Source: an uncultured delta proteobacterium (GTDB lineage: Bacteria; Desulfobacterota; BSN033; UBA1163). From it: a DNA stretch of 64,000 nucleotides. Position numbers and translations under genes: made by a program. Below are positions 27,404-38,074 of the stretch, piece by piece (the first letter of the stretch is position 1; the number at the start of each line of letters is the position of its first letter). The notes under the pieces are model-generated. The model did not search any database. It was given only the letters and a program-made list of their open reading frames with translations, and was not told where the DNA came from. The stretch lies in NCBI GenBank assembly GCA_963827685.1, contig CAWHBU010000003.1, forward strand, positions 32,001 to 96,000. The letters run 5' to 3'.

Positions 27404-29371
27404 ATGGCAGAATTGGAAAAGAAGAGTATTGATCCAGCAACGATAAAAATGTTGAAGAAGGCTCAGGCCGACGGGTGTGAGACGATTTTCGATCGGGCCG
27501 AAACCATGAAACCCTGCCCCATTGGGGCGGAAGGAAGCTGTTGTAAGAACTGCGCCATGGGGCCCTGCCGCGTCCCCGCTCCCAAGAAAAAAGGAGAAAC
27601 GGCTGCAGAGAAAACAAAACGGACGGGCCTGTGCGGCGCCACTGCAGAGACGATTTCTGCGCGTAATTTCGCTCGAATGGTGGCGGCAGGAGCCTCTGCC
27701 CACTCCGATCATGCCCGGGGTGTGGCTGAAGTTTTTCTGGCTGCGGCCAAAGGTGAGGTGCCAGGATTTCAGATCAAGGACGAACAGAAACTTTACCAGG
27801 TTGCCATGGACTTTGGCGTGGAGATCGGTGACCGGTCGATCCAAGATATCGCGATCGACGTGGGTCATAAGGCCCAGGCCGAGTTCGGGCGTCAAGAAGG
27901 AGAAACTATTTTTATTAAAAGAGCCCCCCTCAAAAGGCAGGAGATCTGGAGGAATCTAGGGGTTGTACCGCGAGGGATCGATCGGGAGGTCGTAGAGTTG
28001 ATGCACCGAACCCACATGGGTGTCGATCAAGATTACCGAAACATCTTGATGGGAGCCGCCCGGACAGCTCTGGCCGATGGCTGGGGAGGATCTATGATCT
28101 CCACGGAACTGCAAGATATTCTTTTTGGGAATCCGGTTCCCGTAATGGGCCAAATCAATCTGGGTGTGTTGAAAAAGGATGAGGTCAATGTGGTTATCCA
28201 CGGACATGAACCTTTACTTCCTGAGATTATGGCAGATGTGGTCCATGACCCCGAAATTCAGAAAGCGGCCAAAGCGGTTGGGGCGAAAGGGGTTAATTTA
28301 GCGGGAATGTGCTGTTCTGCCAATGAGATTCTAATGCGCCATGGGATTCCAGTGGCCGGTAACTTTTTGCAGCAGGAGTTGGCCATCGTCACGGGTGCTG
28401 TGGATGCTATGGTGGTCGATGTCCAGTGTGAAATGCAGTCCTTGGCTCAAGTGGCAAAATGCTACCATACCAAACTGATTACCACTACACCTAAGGCCAA
28501 AATCGAAGGGGCTATGCACATCGAGTTTGATGAGCATCATGCACCAGATGTTGCTAAAAAAGTATTAATGGAGGCTATCCAGAATTTTAAAAACCGGAAG
28601 CCCAATGTTGAAATTCCCTCGGATACCACGGATACGATCGTTGGATTCAGTCATGAAACCATTAACTATCTGCTCGGCGGTGCCTACCGAGCCTCCTACC
28701 GACCCTTGAACGACAATATCATCAATGGTCGCATTCGAGGAATCGCGGGTGTGGTCGGCTGCAACAATGCCCGCGTGACCCATGACGACCCAAACCTCAT
28801 CTTGATCAAAGAACTGATCAAGAACGATGTGATCGTGCTCTCGACAGGGTGTGCCGCCATGACCGCTGGCAAATTTGGTCTTCTCACCCCAGAGGCAACA
28901 GATATCTATGCAGGCCAAGGTCTTGCCTCTGTTGGAAGAGTAGTGGGTATTCCCCCAGTCCTTCACATGGGCTCCTGTGTGGATAATAGTAGAATCCTGA
29001 TGGCCGCCACTGCGGTCGTCAAAGATGGAGGTTTGGGCGATGATATCAGTGATCTTCCAGCGGCTGGCGCGGCTCTCGAGTGGATGAGCGAGAAGGCAGT
29101 TGCCATCGGCCACTATTTTGTGGCCTCCGGAGTCTTCACGGTATTTGGCACGACCTGGCCAACCACAGGAAGCGATGAAGTGACAAAACTTCTCTTTGAG
29201 GAGTTTGAAACGACCCTCAAAGGGAAATGGGGTTTCGAACCCGATCCGTACAAGGCTGCAAAACTAATGATCGAACATATTGACAAAAAGCGGAAGGCCC
29301 TGGGAATCGATAAGACAAGAGAGCGTGTACTCTTCGATATGGCCAAGCGTCGTGAATTGGATGCGGCCTAA
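27404..29371 (+). CDS. cooS: anaerobic CO dehydrogenase catalytic subunit (AcsA)
   Basis: CCKNCAMGPC, HSDH, HGHEP, GMCCSANE, VDVQC, VVGCNN, TGC, HMGSCVDNSR, EWMSEKA. Confidence 0.97.
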   Translation: MAELEKKSIDPATIKMLKKAQADGCETIFDRAETMKPCPIGAEGSCCKNCAMGPCRVPAPKKKGETAAEKTKRTGLCGATAETISARNFARMVAAGASAHSDHARGVAEVFLAAAKGEVPGFQIKDEQKLYQVAMDFGVEIGDRSIQDIAIDVGHKAQAEFGRQEGETIFIKRAPLKRQEIWRNLGVVPRGIDREVVELMHRTHMGVDQDYRNILMGAARTALADGWGGSMISTELQDILFGNPVPVMGQINLGVLKKDEVNVVIHGHEPLLPEIMADVVHDPEIQKAAKAVGAKGVNLAGMCCSANEILMRHGIPVAGNFLQQELAIVTGAVDAMVVDVQCEMQSLAQVAKCYHTKLITTTPKAKIEGAMHIEFDEHHAPDVAKKVLMEAIQNFKNRKPNVEIPSDTTDTIVGFSHETINYLLGGAYRASYRPLNDNIINGRIRGIAGVVGCNNARVTHDDPNLILIKELIKNDVIVLSTGCAAMTAGKFGLLTPEATDIYAGQGLASVGRVVGIPPVLHMGSCVDNSRILMAATAVVKDGGLGDDISDLPAAGAALEWMSEKAVAIGHYFVASGVFTVFGTTWPTTGSDEVTKLLFEEFETTLKGKWGFEPDPYKAAKLMIEHIDKKRKALGIDKTRERVLFDMAKRRELDAA

Positions 29372-29490
29372 TAAACACACAAAAAACGTGAACCGTGATT
29401 CGTGAGCCGTGACTCGGTTCTTGCTAAATTGAGACCATGATTCACGAATTACCCATTACGATCCACCCTTAATGGAAGGAGGTACATAAC

Positions 29491-31697
29491 GTGTCGAAAA
29501 TTATTGCATCTGCAGCGATAAGAGGAGCTCATAAGATTGTTGAAAAGGCTGAAAAGAAATACGAAGAAGCCCTTAAGAAGTGGGGGCCCAATCAGGATGT
29601 GGGATTCCCCAATACCGCCTATTATCTACCTATCATCTATGCCATTCTGGGGGTTCCCGTCCAAAAATTGGGTGATATGAAGCCAGTTCTCGATCGGCCC
29701 GATCCCTGTTACCGCCCTTGGTCAAGGAAAAGGTGAATCTTCCCTACTTAGGCCCTGCCCTCGACGCAGGCATGGCAACCTTTTTTGCCGAAGAGGTCAG
29801 CGAGGCGATACGCTACTTAGAGGATCCCAATTTCTATACGAAGCAGGAAGATCCTTTACCCAATAATATCTGGCTGGGAGCAGCGGATGATGTCATTTTC
29901 CGGAAGAGAGGAATTGAGTTTGTCGATGGAACAGCCCCAGGATTTGCTGCCATCGCCGGCGCAGCGCCCACACCGGAGATTGCCAAGAAGATTGCCACCG
30001 AGCTTCAGGAGAAAAACCTCTATATCTTTATGTGTGCCGAATTCGAAGGGAGACGTTTCTCAGAACAATTAGTGAAGGCTGGCGTTCAGATCGGCTGGCC
30101 GACCCGTCTGGTTTCCTTTGGGCCTGATATCTCCGCAGCCGTCTTTGCCATTGGTTTTGCCTGTCGAGTCGCCATGGCTTTTGGAGGGATTAAACCCGGA
30201 GATTTTCGGAAAAATCTCATCTACAACAAGGACCGTACCTTTGCCTTTGTCATGCCCCTAGGATATGTCAATGATGAATGGTATGCCAATGCCGCAGGCG
30301 CCATCAACTGGGGATTTCCCACAATCGCCGATACACCCATCCCTGAAATTTTACCTACAGGGGTATGCACCTATGAGCATGTCGTTTCCAATGTTCCTCA
30401 TGATCAGATTGTCCAGAGGTCAGTGGAAGTGAGAGGGTTGAAGGTCACCGTCGCTGAGGTCCCCATTCCCGTTTCCTATGGTCCTGCCTTCGAAGGCGAG
30501 AGGGTCAGGGGTGAGGATATCTATTTAGAGTGTGGTGGAGGAAGAACCCACGCTGTAGAATGGGTGACTTCCAAAAACATGGATGAGGTGGAGGATGGAA
30601 AGGTAGATGTCATCGGTCCCGACCTGGATAAGATAAAGCCGCCAGGTCAACTTCCCCTTGCCATTGTCGCGGAAGTGGCAGGCCGACAGATGCAAGAGGA
30701 TTTCGAGCCAATTCTGGAGCGCCAAATCCATCATCTGATCAACTATGCCCAAGGGATCATGCATATTGGTCAAAGGGATATTGCCTGGGTACGAGTCGGT
30801 AAAGCAGCGGTTGATAAAGGATTCCGGCTCTCCCATCTCGGCAAGATCCTCCATGCAAAGTTCCATCAGGACTTTGGAGCGATTTTCGACAAAGTCCAGG
30901 TTAAAGTCTATACGGAACCCAAAGCGGTTGACGAAATGGTGGCCAAAGCAAAGGAGGTTTATAGAAAAAGGGATGCCCGTATCGAAGGCATGACCGATGA
31001 GACCACGGACATCTTCTACTCCTGCACCCTTTGCCAATCCTTTGCGCCCAACCATGTCTGTGTCATCAGTCCAGAAAGGACCGGACTTTGCGGTGCTTAC
31101 AACTGGATGGATTGCAAGGCCTCGTTTGAGATCAATCCCACCGGACCGAACCAACCCGTTCAAAAGGGAGAGATGATCGATACGAAATTAGGCCAGTGGA
31201 AGGGTGTGAATGATTTTGTGTTCAAGGCCTCCCGTCAGAAGATCGACCACTATAATTTTTACAGTCTGGTCTATGATCCGATGACCACTTGCGGTTGTTG
31301 CGAATGCATTGCTGCTGTTCTTCCGATGTGTAATGGGGTGATGACCGTCAATCGAGATTTTACAGGAATGACCCCCTGCGGAATGAAATTCACTACTCTG
31401 GCAGGCTCTGTCGGTGGCGGTGCGGTCACCCCGGGCTTCGTGGGCCACAGCAAATACAATATCACCCAGAGAAAGTGGCTGATCGGAGACGGAGGCATCA
31501 AACGATTGGTTTGGATGCCCAAAATTCTCAAGGAAGAAATTGGAGAACGATTCAAGAAACGAGCTGAAGAGATGGGTATTCCAAACCTTCTTGATATGAT
31601 TGCAGATGAGACCATTGGAGTGACAGAGGATGAGATTCTTCCCTTCCTGACAGAGAAGAATCATCCAGCCCTCTCAATGGATCCGATTCTTGGATGA
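29491..31697 (+). CDS. acsB: acetyl-CoA synthase, with apparent 1-bp frameshift near 29696
   Basis: N-part FPNTAYYLP; C-part CTLCQSFAPNHVC, TCGCCEC, PGFVGH. Adding one G at 29696 gives DRARSLLPPLVKEK and joins the two frames. Confidence 0.92.
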
Positions 31698-31806
31698 TTG
31701 AAACGTGATTCGTGATTCGTGACTCGTGACTTTGAAAATTCTGCTTTTATCACGAATCACCAGTCACGGTTCACTATTCACGACTTTTTGGAAAGGAGAG
31801 GATATC

Positions 31807-33153
31807 ATGGGACTGACAGGGATTCAAATCTTCAAGATGTTACCGAAAACGAACTGCGGAGAGTGCGGCGTTCCAACCTGTCTCGCTTTTGCCATGAACT
31901 TGGCAGCCGGAAAAGCGGAATTGGCCTCCTGTCCCTATGTGTCTGAGGAGGTAAAGGCCATGCTCTCTGAGGCAGCGGCTCCGCCCATTCGACCTCTCGC
32001 CATTGGCTCGGGTGAAAATGTGGTCAAGGTCGGTGGAGAAACGGTTTTGTTCCGCCACGAAAAGACCTTCGTCAACAAACCCGGTGTTGCTATTCTGATT
32101 AGTGATACCATGCCAGAGGCGGAGGTCAATGCCCGCTTGAAACGATTCAAGGAATTGAAATATGAAAGGGTCGGCCTCACCTTGCGGCCGGAGTTGGTTG
32201 CGATCAAGAACGAATCGGGTGATCCCGGAAAATTTGAAGCCTTGATCAAAAAGGTGAAAGGTGAAACCGATGCTGCCCTCATCCTGATAAGCGACAAGGT
32301 GGATGCCTTGACCGCAGGGGTGAAGGCTTGCGCGGATCGTGTTCCATTGATCTACGCGGCAACCGATGGCAACAGCGATGCCTTAGCCAGTTTAGCCAAG
32401 GAAAACAAATGTCCATTAGCAATCAAAGCCGATAATCTTGATGCATTGATTGCACTTTCAGACAAACTGACCAAAGCGGGGTTAAAAGATCTTGTGATTG
32501 ATTCTGGGGCGAGGACGTTGCGCAAAGCCTTTGAGGACCAAATCTATATCCGCCGGGCGGCCCTCAACCAAAAAAACCGTTCCCTCGGATTCCCAACAAT
32601 TACCTTCCCTTGTGAAATGACGAAAGATCCGCTGAAGGAGGCCTTGATTGCAGCAACTTTTATATCTAAATATGCAGGCATCATCGTCCTTTCTGATTTC
32701 CAGGGTGAAAGCATCTTCCCCCTCCTCGTGGAACGGCTAAATATTTATACCGACCCCCAGCGGCCCATGATGATGCAGCAAGGAATCTACCCCATTGGCA
32801 ACCCGACAGACGCTTCTCCAGTTCTCATCACGACCAACTTCTCCCTGACCTATTTTATCGTCTCCGGTGAGATCGAATCGAGTCGAGTGGCGAGCTGGCT
32901 TTTGGTGATGGATACCGAAGGGCTATCGGTTCTGACCGCCTGGGCAGCAGGAAAATTTGTGGGCGATGCAATCGGTGCCTTTGTTAAGAAGAGTGGCATC
33001 ACTGATAAAGTCAAGCATCGTCGGGTGGTCATCCCCGGAGCCGTTGCAGCCGTAAGCGGCGATCTCGAAGAAGAACTGGGTAAGGGCTGGGAAGTTAAGA
33101 TCGGACCAAGAGAAGCCGCTCACATACCCGCCTTTTTGAAGATGGGAGCCTAA
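31807..33153 (+). CDS. acsC: corrinoid iron-sulfur protein large subunit
   Basis: LPKTNCGECGVPTCLAFA, NIYTDPQ, TTNFSLTYF, SVLTAWAAGKF, GPREA. Confidence 0.97.
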   Translation: MGLTGIQIFKMLPKTNCGECGVPTCLAFAMNLAAGKAELASCPYVSEEVKAMLSEAAAPPIRPLAIGSGENVVKVGGETVLFRHEKTFVNKPGVAILISDTMPEAEVNARLKRFKELKYERVGLTLRPELVAIKNESGDPGKFEALIKKVKGETDAALILISDKVDALTAGVKACADRVPLIYAATDGNSDALASLAKENKCPLAIKADNLDALIALSDKLTKAGLKDLVIDSGARTLRKAFEDQIYIRRAALNQKNRSLGFPTITFPCEMTKDPLKEALIAATFISKYAGIIVLSDFQGESIFPLLVERLNIYTDPQRPMMMQQGIYPIGNPTDASPVLITTNFSLTYFIVSGEIESSRVASWLLVMDTEGLSVLTAWAAGKFVGDAIGAFVKKSGITDKVKHRRVVIPGAVAAVSGDLEEELGKGWEVKIGPREAAHIPAFLKMGA

Positions 33154-33280
33154 TACTGATTGCGGAATGTAGATTGCGGAATGCGGAATAAAAGATTTGA
33201 TATCCGCACTCACGGCGATCGGGAATCCTCAATCCACAATCCGAAATCCGCAATCCGCAATTTAATATAAGGAGGATCGC

Positions 33281-34183
33281 ATGTTACGTATAGGAGAAAA
33301 TCTTAATGTGATGGTCAAGAAGATCGGAACCGCCATGAAGGATAGAGATCCTAAGCCCATTCAGGAGCTGGCCATGGCGGAGGCCAAAGCAGGCGTTGAT
33401 TTCATTGATATCAATCTCGGACCTGCCCGAAAGGGTGGAGGAGAATTGATGGAGTGGATCGTCAAGGTCGTCCAGGAAGTCGTGGATACACCTCTTTACC
33501 TTGATACCATCAATGTAGAAGCCATCGAGGCCGGGCTCAAGGTTTACAAAAACAAGAAGGGAAAGGCTGTCATCAATTCGATCATGGCCCGTCCTGAAAG
33601 CATGGATGTAAAATTTCCTGTCGCAGCAAAACATAATGCAGGAGTCGTTGCCCTTCTCTGGGGCCCCTCGGGGCTTCCCCGGGATGCAGACGAAAGAGGA
33701 GTTCTGGCAGCAGAGTTAATGCAAAAATGTTTAGAATTCGGGATCCCAGGTGAGGATGTTTGGATGGATCCCATCGTCACCCCGGTGACCAGCCCCCAGA
33801 GCCAGGTTCAGGTCCCGAGTTGCATCGAATTTATGAAAATGTTTAAGGACCTTCAGGAAGTGCTCCCCGGGATGAGATCCACCTGCGGTCTTTCCAATGT
33901 ATCCAATGGAGCCCCGGAACACCTGAGACCCATCCTCAATCAAACCTATCTGATGATGCTCGAACGATATGGGATGGCCTCGGCCATTGTCGATGCCTTC
34001 GACGAAGATCTCAAAAAATTTGCGTCCGGAGGGCGAGCGGATCTTAGAAAACTTGTCTATCGTGTCATGGATGGGGAAGAGATCGACCTCAAGAAGCTGG
34101 GTAAAGAGGAAGCCGATTATGTGAAGACCACCAGGGTCTTGATTGCCAAAGCCCTTTACTCCGATTCATGGCTGGAACTGTAA
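33281..34183 (+). CDS. acsE: methyl-THF:corrinoid iron-sulfur protein methyltransferase
   Basis: IGENLN, IDIN, INSI, GLSNVSNG pterin-binding barrel; follows acsC. Confidence 0.92.
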   Translation: MLRIGENLNVMVKKIGTAMKDRDPKPIQELAMAEAKAGVDFIDINLGPARKGGGELMEWIVKVVQEVVDTPLYLDTINVEAIEAGLKVYKNKKGKAVINSIMARPESMDVKFPVAAKHNAGVVALLWGPSGLPRDADERGVLAAELMQKCLEFGIPGEDVWMDPIVTPVTSPQSQVQVPSCIEFMKMFKDLQEVLPGMRSTCGLSNVSNGAPEHLRPILNQTYLMMLERYGMASAIVDAFDEDLKKFASGGRADLRKLVYRVMDGEEIDLKKLGKEEADYVKTTRVLIAKALYSDSWLEL

Positions 34184-34310
34184 TAACCAAACGTTGACAT
34201 CCGTCATTTAGGAATTGAGGAATTTGGGGATGGCGGAATCGATTGCCGTCATGACTCCTTAAATTCCAGATTTCCCGAATTCAAAAATTCTGTATTTTTT
34301 CAATGAGGAA

Positions 34311-35234
34311 GTGCCTATGAAATCAGGAAGCCGTCTCGAGAGGGTCCTTGAAGCCGGACATTTTGCTTTCACCGGTGAACTCGGTCCACCCCAGGGAGCC
34401 AATGTGGAGGCCATCAAGAAAAAAGCAAGTCACCTTAAGGGGATCGTCGACGCAGTCAACATCACTGATAACCAGACCGCTGTCGTGCGAATGGCAAGTT
34501 GGGCGGCTGGCTTAATTGCCATCCAGGAAGGTTTGGAACCCAACTATCAAATGGTCTGTCGTGATCGTAACCGCATCGCCATGCAGAGCGATATCCTGGG
34601 AGCCTATGCTCATGGTATCCGGAATATGCTCTGTTTGTCGGGCGACCACCAACAATTTGGGAATCACCCTTTCACCAAAGGGGTCTTCGATATCGACTCC
34701 ATTCAACTGATCAGCATGGTCAAAGGGATGCGAGACAACAAGAAATTTCTGAATGGGGATGACATCGATGAGGCCCCTCAGTTATTCATCGGCGCTGCGG
34801 CCAACCCATTTGCCGAACCTTTTGAATTCCGGGTGCATCGTTTGGCGAAAAAGATTGAGGCGGGTGCCGATTTTATCCAAACCCAATGCATCTATGACAT
34901 GAAACGGTTTCGTGAGTGGATGAAACAGGCCCATGATATGGGACTGACTGAAAAGGTCTCCATTCTTGCGGGAGTCACTCCTCTTAAATCAGGCGGTATG
35001 GCTCGATATATGGCAAAGAATGTCTCCGGCATCATCATCCCCGATGAGATCATTGACCGAATTGTAAATGCCAAAAAAGCCGCGGAAGAAGGGATTAAGA
35101 TTTGTGTTGAGCAAATTGAGGAATTGAAGGAAATCAAAGGGGTTCGTGGAGTTCATCTGATGGCCATTGAATGGGAACATAAGGTTCCCGAAATTGCTGA
35201 AAGGGCGAAATTGATCCCGAGACCCCAGGTATAA
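34311..35234 (+). CDS. metF: methylene-THF reductase (copy 1)
   Basis: GELGPP, NITDNQ, CRDRNRIAMQSD, LSGDH, IQTQC. Confidence 0.92.
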   Translation: MPMKSGSRLERVLEAGHFAFTGELGPPQGANVEAIKKKASHLKGIVDAVNITDNQTAVVRMASWAAGLIAIQEGLEPNYQMVCRDRNRIAMQSDILGAYAHGIRNMLCLSGDHQQFGNHPFTKGVFDIDSIQLISMVKGMRDNKKFLNGDDIDEAPQLFIGAAANPFAEPFEFRVHRLAKKIEAGADFIQTQCIYDMKRFREWMKQAHDMGLTEKVSILAGVTPLKSGGMARYMAKNVSGIIIPDEIIDRIVNAKKAAEEGIKICVEQIEELKEIKGVRGVHLMAIEWEHKVPEIAERAKLIPRPQV

Positions 35235-35280
35235 CCGATGACGGGGAGATGGGGTAATAGGAAGATAAAGTGAGAAGGAT

Positions 35281-35952
35281 ATGTTCATGTACGATTTTAT
35301 TGGGAGTCAGTTAGTATCCATTGCGTTGATTGTATTTGTTTTGGGGTTTATCTACCAAGGGGCCCAATTTTTCAAATTGACAAGAAAGAAAGAGTGGATT
35401 TTGCCACCCTTACCTTTGGAAACAAAACCTAAGAAGAAAACGGTGGGACAATTCATCGTTTTCTGTCTCACCTCTCTCAACGGAACCCTGTGGAAGACAG
35501 ATCCCTTCATGACGATTGTGACATCCGTTTTCCACGTCTTTCTGATCGTGGTACCTATTCTTCTACTTGGTCATAATATTCTCTTCGACCAATCCTGGGG
35601 TTTTAGCCTTTGGAGCTTGCCTGAATCGATCACCGATGTCTTAACCGTGGTCGTTTTGGTCTGTGCGGCTTTTTTCCTTGCACGGCGTTTATTCCTCTCG
35701 CGGGTCCGAGCCGTCACGACGGCCTACGACTATCTCATCCTTCTCATCGCCATAGCTCCTTTCCTGACAGGGTATTTCGCCTATCACCAGTGGTTTGATT
35801 ATGATACGGTGATGACACTCCACATTCTGACAGGAGAAGTCATGCTCATCACTATCCCATTTACGAAACTCGGGCACATGCTCTTTTTCTTCCTCTATCG
35901 TTTCCTCATCGGAAGCGAATACAGTTTCGCAAGGGGAGCCAGAGCCTGGTAA
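35281..35952 (+). CDS. NarI/TmcC/DsrM-like membrane cytochrome b subunit
   Basis: About 5 TM helices; His in VFH, LLGH, TLH and IPFTKLGH. Confidence 0.85.
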   Translation: MFMYDFIGSQLVSIALIVFVLGFIYQGAQFFKLTRKKEWILPPLPLETKPKKKTVGQFIVFCLTSLNGTLWKTDPFMTIVTSVFHVFLIVVPILLLGHNILFDQSWGFSLWSLPESITDVLTVVVLVCAAFFLARRLFLSRVRAVTTAYDYLILLIAIAPFLTGYFAYHQWFDYDTVMTLHILTGEVMLITIPFTKLGHMLFFFLYRFLIGSEYSFARGARAW

Positions 35953-35970
35953 CGGAAAGGATCTTGCGGC

Positions 35971-36384
35971 ATGGAGAACAGTATGTCCCATCAGGAATTG
36001 AAACCAGTTGATACAAAACAGATCAAAGAAATGCTCGATCGGAAAAAGGGCAAAATGAAACGATTTTTGTCCTATTGCGCTCATTGCAGTCTTTGTGCCG
36101 AAAGCTGTTTTTTATATATGGAGCATCATAAGGATACCCAATACATGCCCTCGTATAAGGCGATCAATTCCTTGGGCAAATTATATAGAAAAAGGGGTAA
36201 GGTCGACCGGAAGCTTTTGACGGATATCAAGGGCATCGTGTGGAGAAACTGCGTGCTTTGTGGCCGCTGTTATTGTCCAATCGGTATTCATATTCCCAGT
36301 ATGATTGCTTTCGCCCGAAGCATCCTCAGGTCTCAGGATGTCTATCCTCAGCTGGATGAGGTGTCGTCGGAGAGTTGGTTGTAA
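35971..36384 (+). CDS. 2x[4Fe-4S] protein (TmcB/DsrK/HdrC-like N-domain only)
   Basis: CAHCSLCAESC and CVLCGRCYCP; no CCG domain. Confidence 0.85.
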   Translation: MENSMSHQELKPVDTKQIKEMLDRKKGKMKRFLSYCAHCSLCAESCFLYMEHHKDTQYMPSYKAINSLGKLYRKRGKVDRKLLTDIKGIVWRNCVLCGRCYCPIGIHIPSMIAFARSILRSQDVYPQLDEVSSESWL

Positions 36385-36416
36385 TACGGAAAGACGGTCT
36401 CTGAAGGAGAGGGGTT

Positions 36417-36824
36417 ATGAAAGGAATCGGTTGTAGGCTCTCGATGATCACGGTTGCTGCTCTCCTGGTTTTAAGCAACTCTCCTGCCGGAGCGCAACCG
36501 GATAAGATTGTATTAGATCATTCGAACATCTCCGGAGGAAGAACAAGACCTCCGGTGACCCTTCCTCACAATCGCCATGTTGAAGCAGGATTGTCCTGCA
36601 AGGACTGCCACCACATCTATGAAAACGGGAAAAACGTTCTGGATGAGAGTAAACTCGAGGAAGGCAACAAGAACATCCGTTGTTCCGCTTGCCATGCTCC
36701 GAAGTCCCGACTCAATCTGGAACAGGCTTTTCACAACCAGTGCTTAGGTTGTCATACAAAATACCAGAAGGAAAAGAAAAAGACAGGTCCCCGGTATTGC
36801 GGGGAATGTCATATAAAAAAATGA
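36417..36824 (+). CDS. periplasmic tetraheme cytochrome c3 (TmcA-like)
   Basis: Signal peptide; CKDCH, CSACH, CLGCH, CGECH plus HxxH and AFH distal His. Confidence 0.92.
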   Translation: MKGIGCRLSMITVAALLVLSNSPAGAQPDKIVLDHSNISGGRTRPPVTLPHNRHVEAGLSCKDCHHIYENGKNVLDESKLEEGNKNIRCSACHAPKSRLNLEQAFHNQCLGCHTKYQKEKKKTGPRYCGECHIKK

Positions 36825-36926
36825 TTATGCAGATTACCAAACAAGATTACACAGATTTTAAAAGAATCGGTGGAATCTCGCTTTTTGAATCGGTGTAATC
36901 AGCGTCAGCGTAGCTGGAGGAAGAAA

Positions 36927-37601
36927 ATGATTGTAGGGGAAAGAAAACCTTTTGACGAGATCAAGGAAATGATGAAGAGCTTCAAGAAGGTTCTGAATGT
37001 GGGTTGTGGAGGGTGTACGTCCATCTGCATGGCCGGCGGCCAAAGGGAAGTGGAACTCTTAAATGAAGAACTCCAAAACGCCCTGAAGCGGGATGGGGCC
37101 TCATTCCAAGCGGATGGGTTCACCATCGAGCGACAGTGCAATGCCGATTTCTATTCGGAGCTGGATGAGATTGTAAAAGGTTATGATGCCTTGTTGTCCA
37201 TGGCTTGTGGAGCCGGGGTCCAATTCCTTGCCGACCGACACCCTCAAAAACCGGTGTTTCCCGCTCTGAATACCGTTTTCGTCGGCGTGGACCGGGATAT
37301 CGGGTGGTTTGAGGAAAATTGCCGGACGTGTCGTGAGTGTGTCTTGGGAGAAACAGGAGGAATATGTCCTGTTACAAGATGTGCCAAGAGTCTCTTCAAC
37401 GGCCCCTGTGGGGGAACTTCTCGAGAAGGTAAATGTGAAGTGAGCAAAGATACTCCTTGTGCCTGGTTTGAGATTCATAAACGCCTGAAGGAGCAAAACA
37501 GACTGGAAAACATTCTGAAGCTGAAACCCGCAAGGGAATGGCGAAATCAAACTCAGGGAACCCTGGTTCAGGAAGCCTATAAGAAAAGATATGCAAAATG
37601 A
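36927..37601 (+). CDS. metV: methylene-THF reductase small subunit MetV (copy 1)
   Basis: GCGGCTSIC, ERQC, MACGAG, CRTCREC, CPVTRCAKSLFNGPCGG. Confidence 0.9.
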   Translation: MIVGERKPFDEIKEMMKSFKKVLNVGCGGCTSICMAGGQREVELLNEELQNALKRDGASFQADGFTIERQCNADFYSELDEIVKGYDALLSMACGAGVQFLADRHPQKPVFPALNTVFVGVDRDIGWFEENCRTCRECVLGETGGICPVTRCAKSLFNGPCGGTSREGKCEVSKDTPCAWFEIHKRLKEQNRLENILKLKPAREWRNQTQGTLVQEAYKKRYAK

Positions 37602-37682
37602 GAGAGGTTACTGAAAAGGGGAATCCTTTCCCGCTTGAAAGAGTTCCCGTGTTTCAGGAATGCGTGCAATTCTTCGTGGAGC

Positions 37683-37712
37683 TTGACAGATTTTTCCACG
37701 AGGGTTTATAAT
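37683..37712 (+). promoter_or_regulatory. sigma70-type internal promoter
   Basis: TTGACA-N18-TATAAT. Confidence 0.55.
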
Positions 37713-37908
37713 TTTATAATTTTCGTTTTCCATGCCCTTAAAAATATCCGTTCTCTTGGGCAATCGATTCATAAAATTAGGGTATTCGCGGTAGAAACTG
37801 ATGATACTTCCTCTTAAGAGGATCCTCGGATTCTACCTTATCCGCTCTTTCGCACGGGGCATGGGTTAGAACGGGACGACCACCATGCCTCTCGAGACGA
37901 TTGGATAA

Positions 37909-38040
37909 TGAAGCTCCCCGGCCACAAGCCGGGGCTTCCCGGGGCACGTAGTGGCGAGCGGAAAGCGAACCAAGAAATATCGTTTTGATTGTGCCCCATA
38001 ACCCCGCCTACAAGGCGGGGCTTACAGGGCACTTGCCGGT
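37909..38040. mobile_element. MITE-like element with two IS200/IS605-end-like hairpins
   Basis: TGAAGCTCCCCGGCCACAAGCCGGGGCTTC and CCCCGCCTACAAGGCGGGG; related to the 1208 and 14336 repeats. Confidence 0.5.
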
Positions 38041-38074
38041 CACCTCCCTCAAGGTGGGAGAGAGGAGAAAGCCC

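Noticed and set aside
37838-37910. SAM-I riboswitch (TTATC...GATAA)
   Set aside because: Only P1-like ends match; the conserved AGAG/GAGGGA/GCAACC core is absent.
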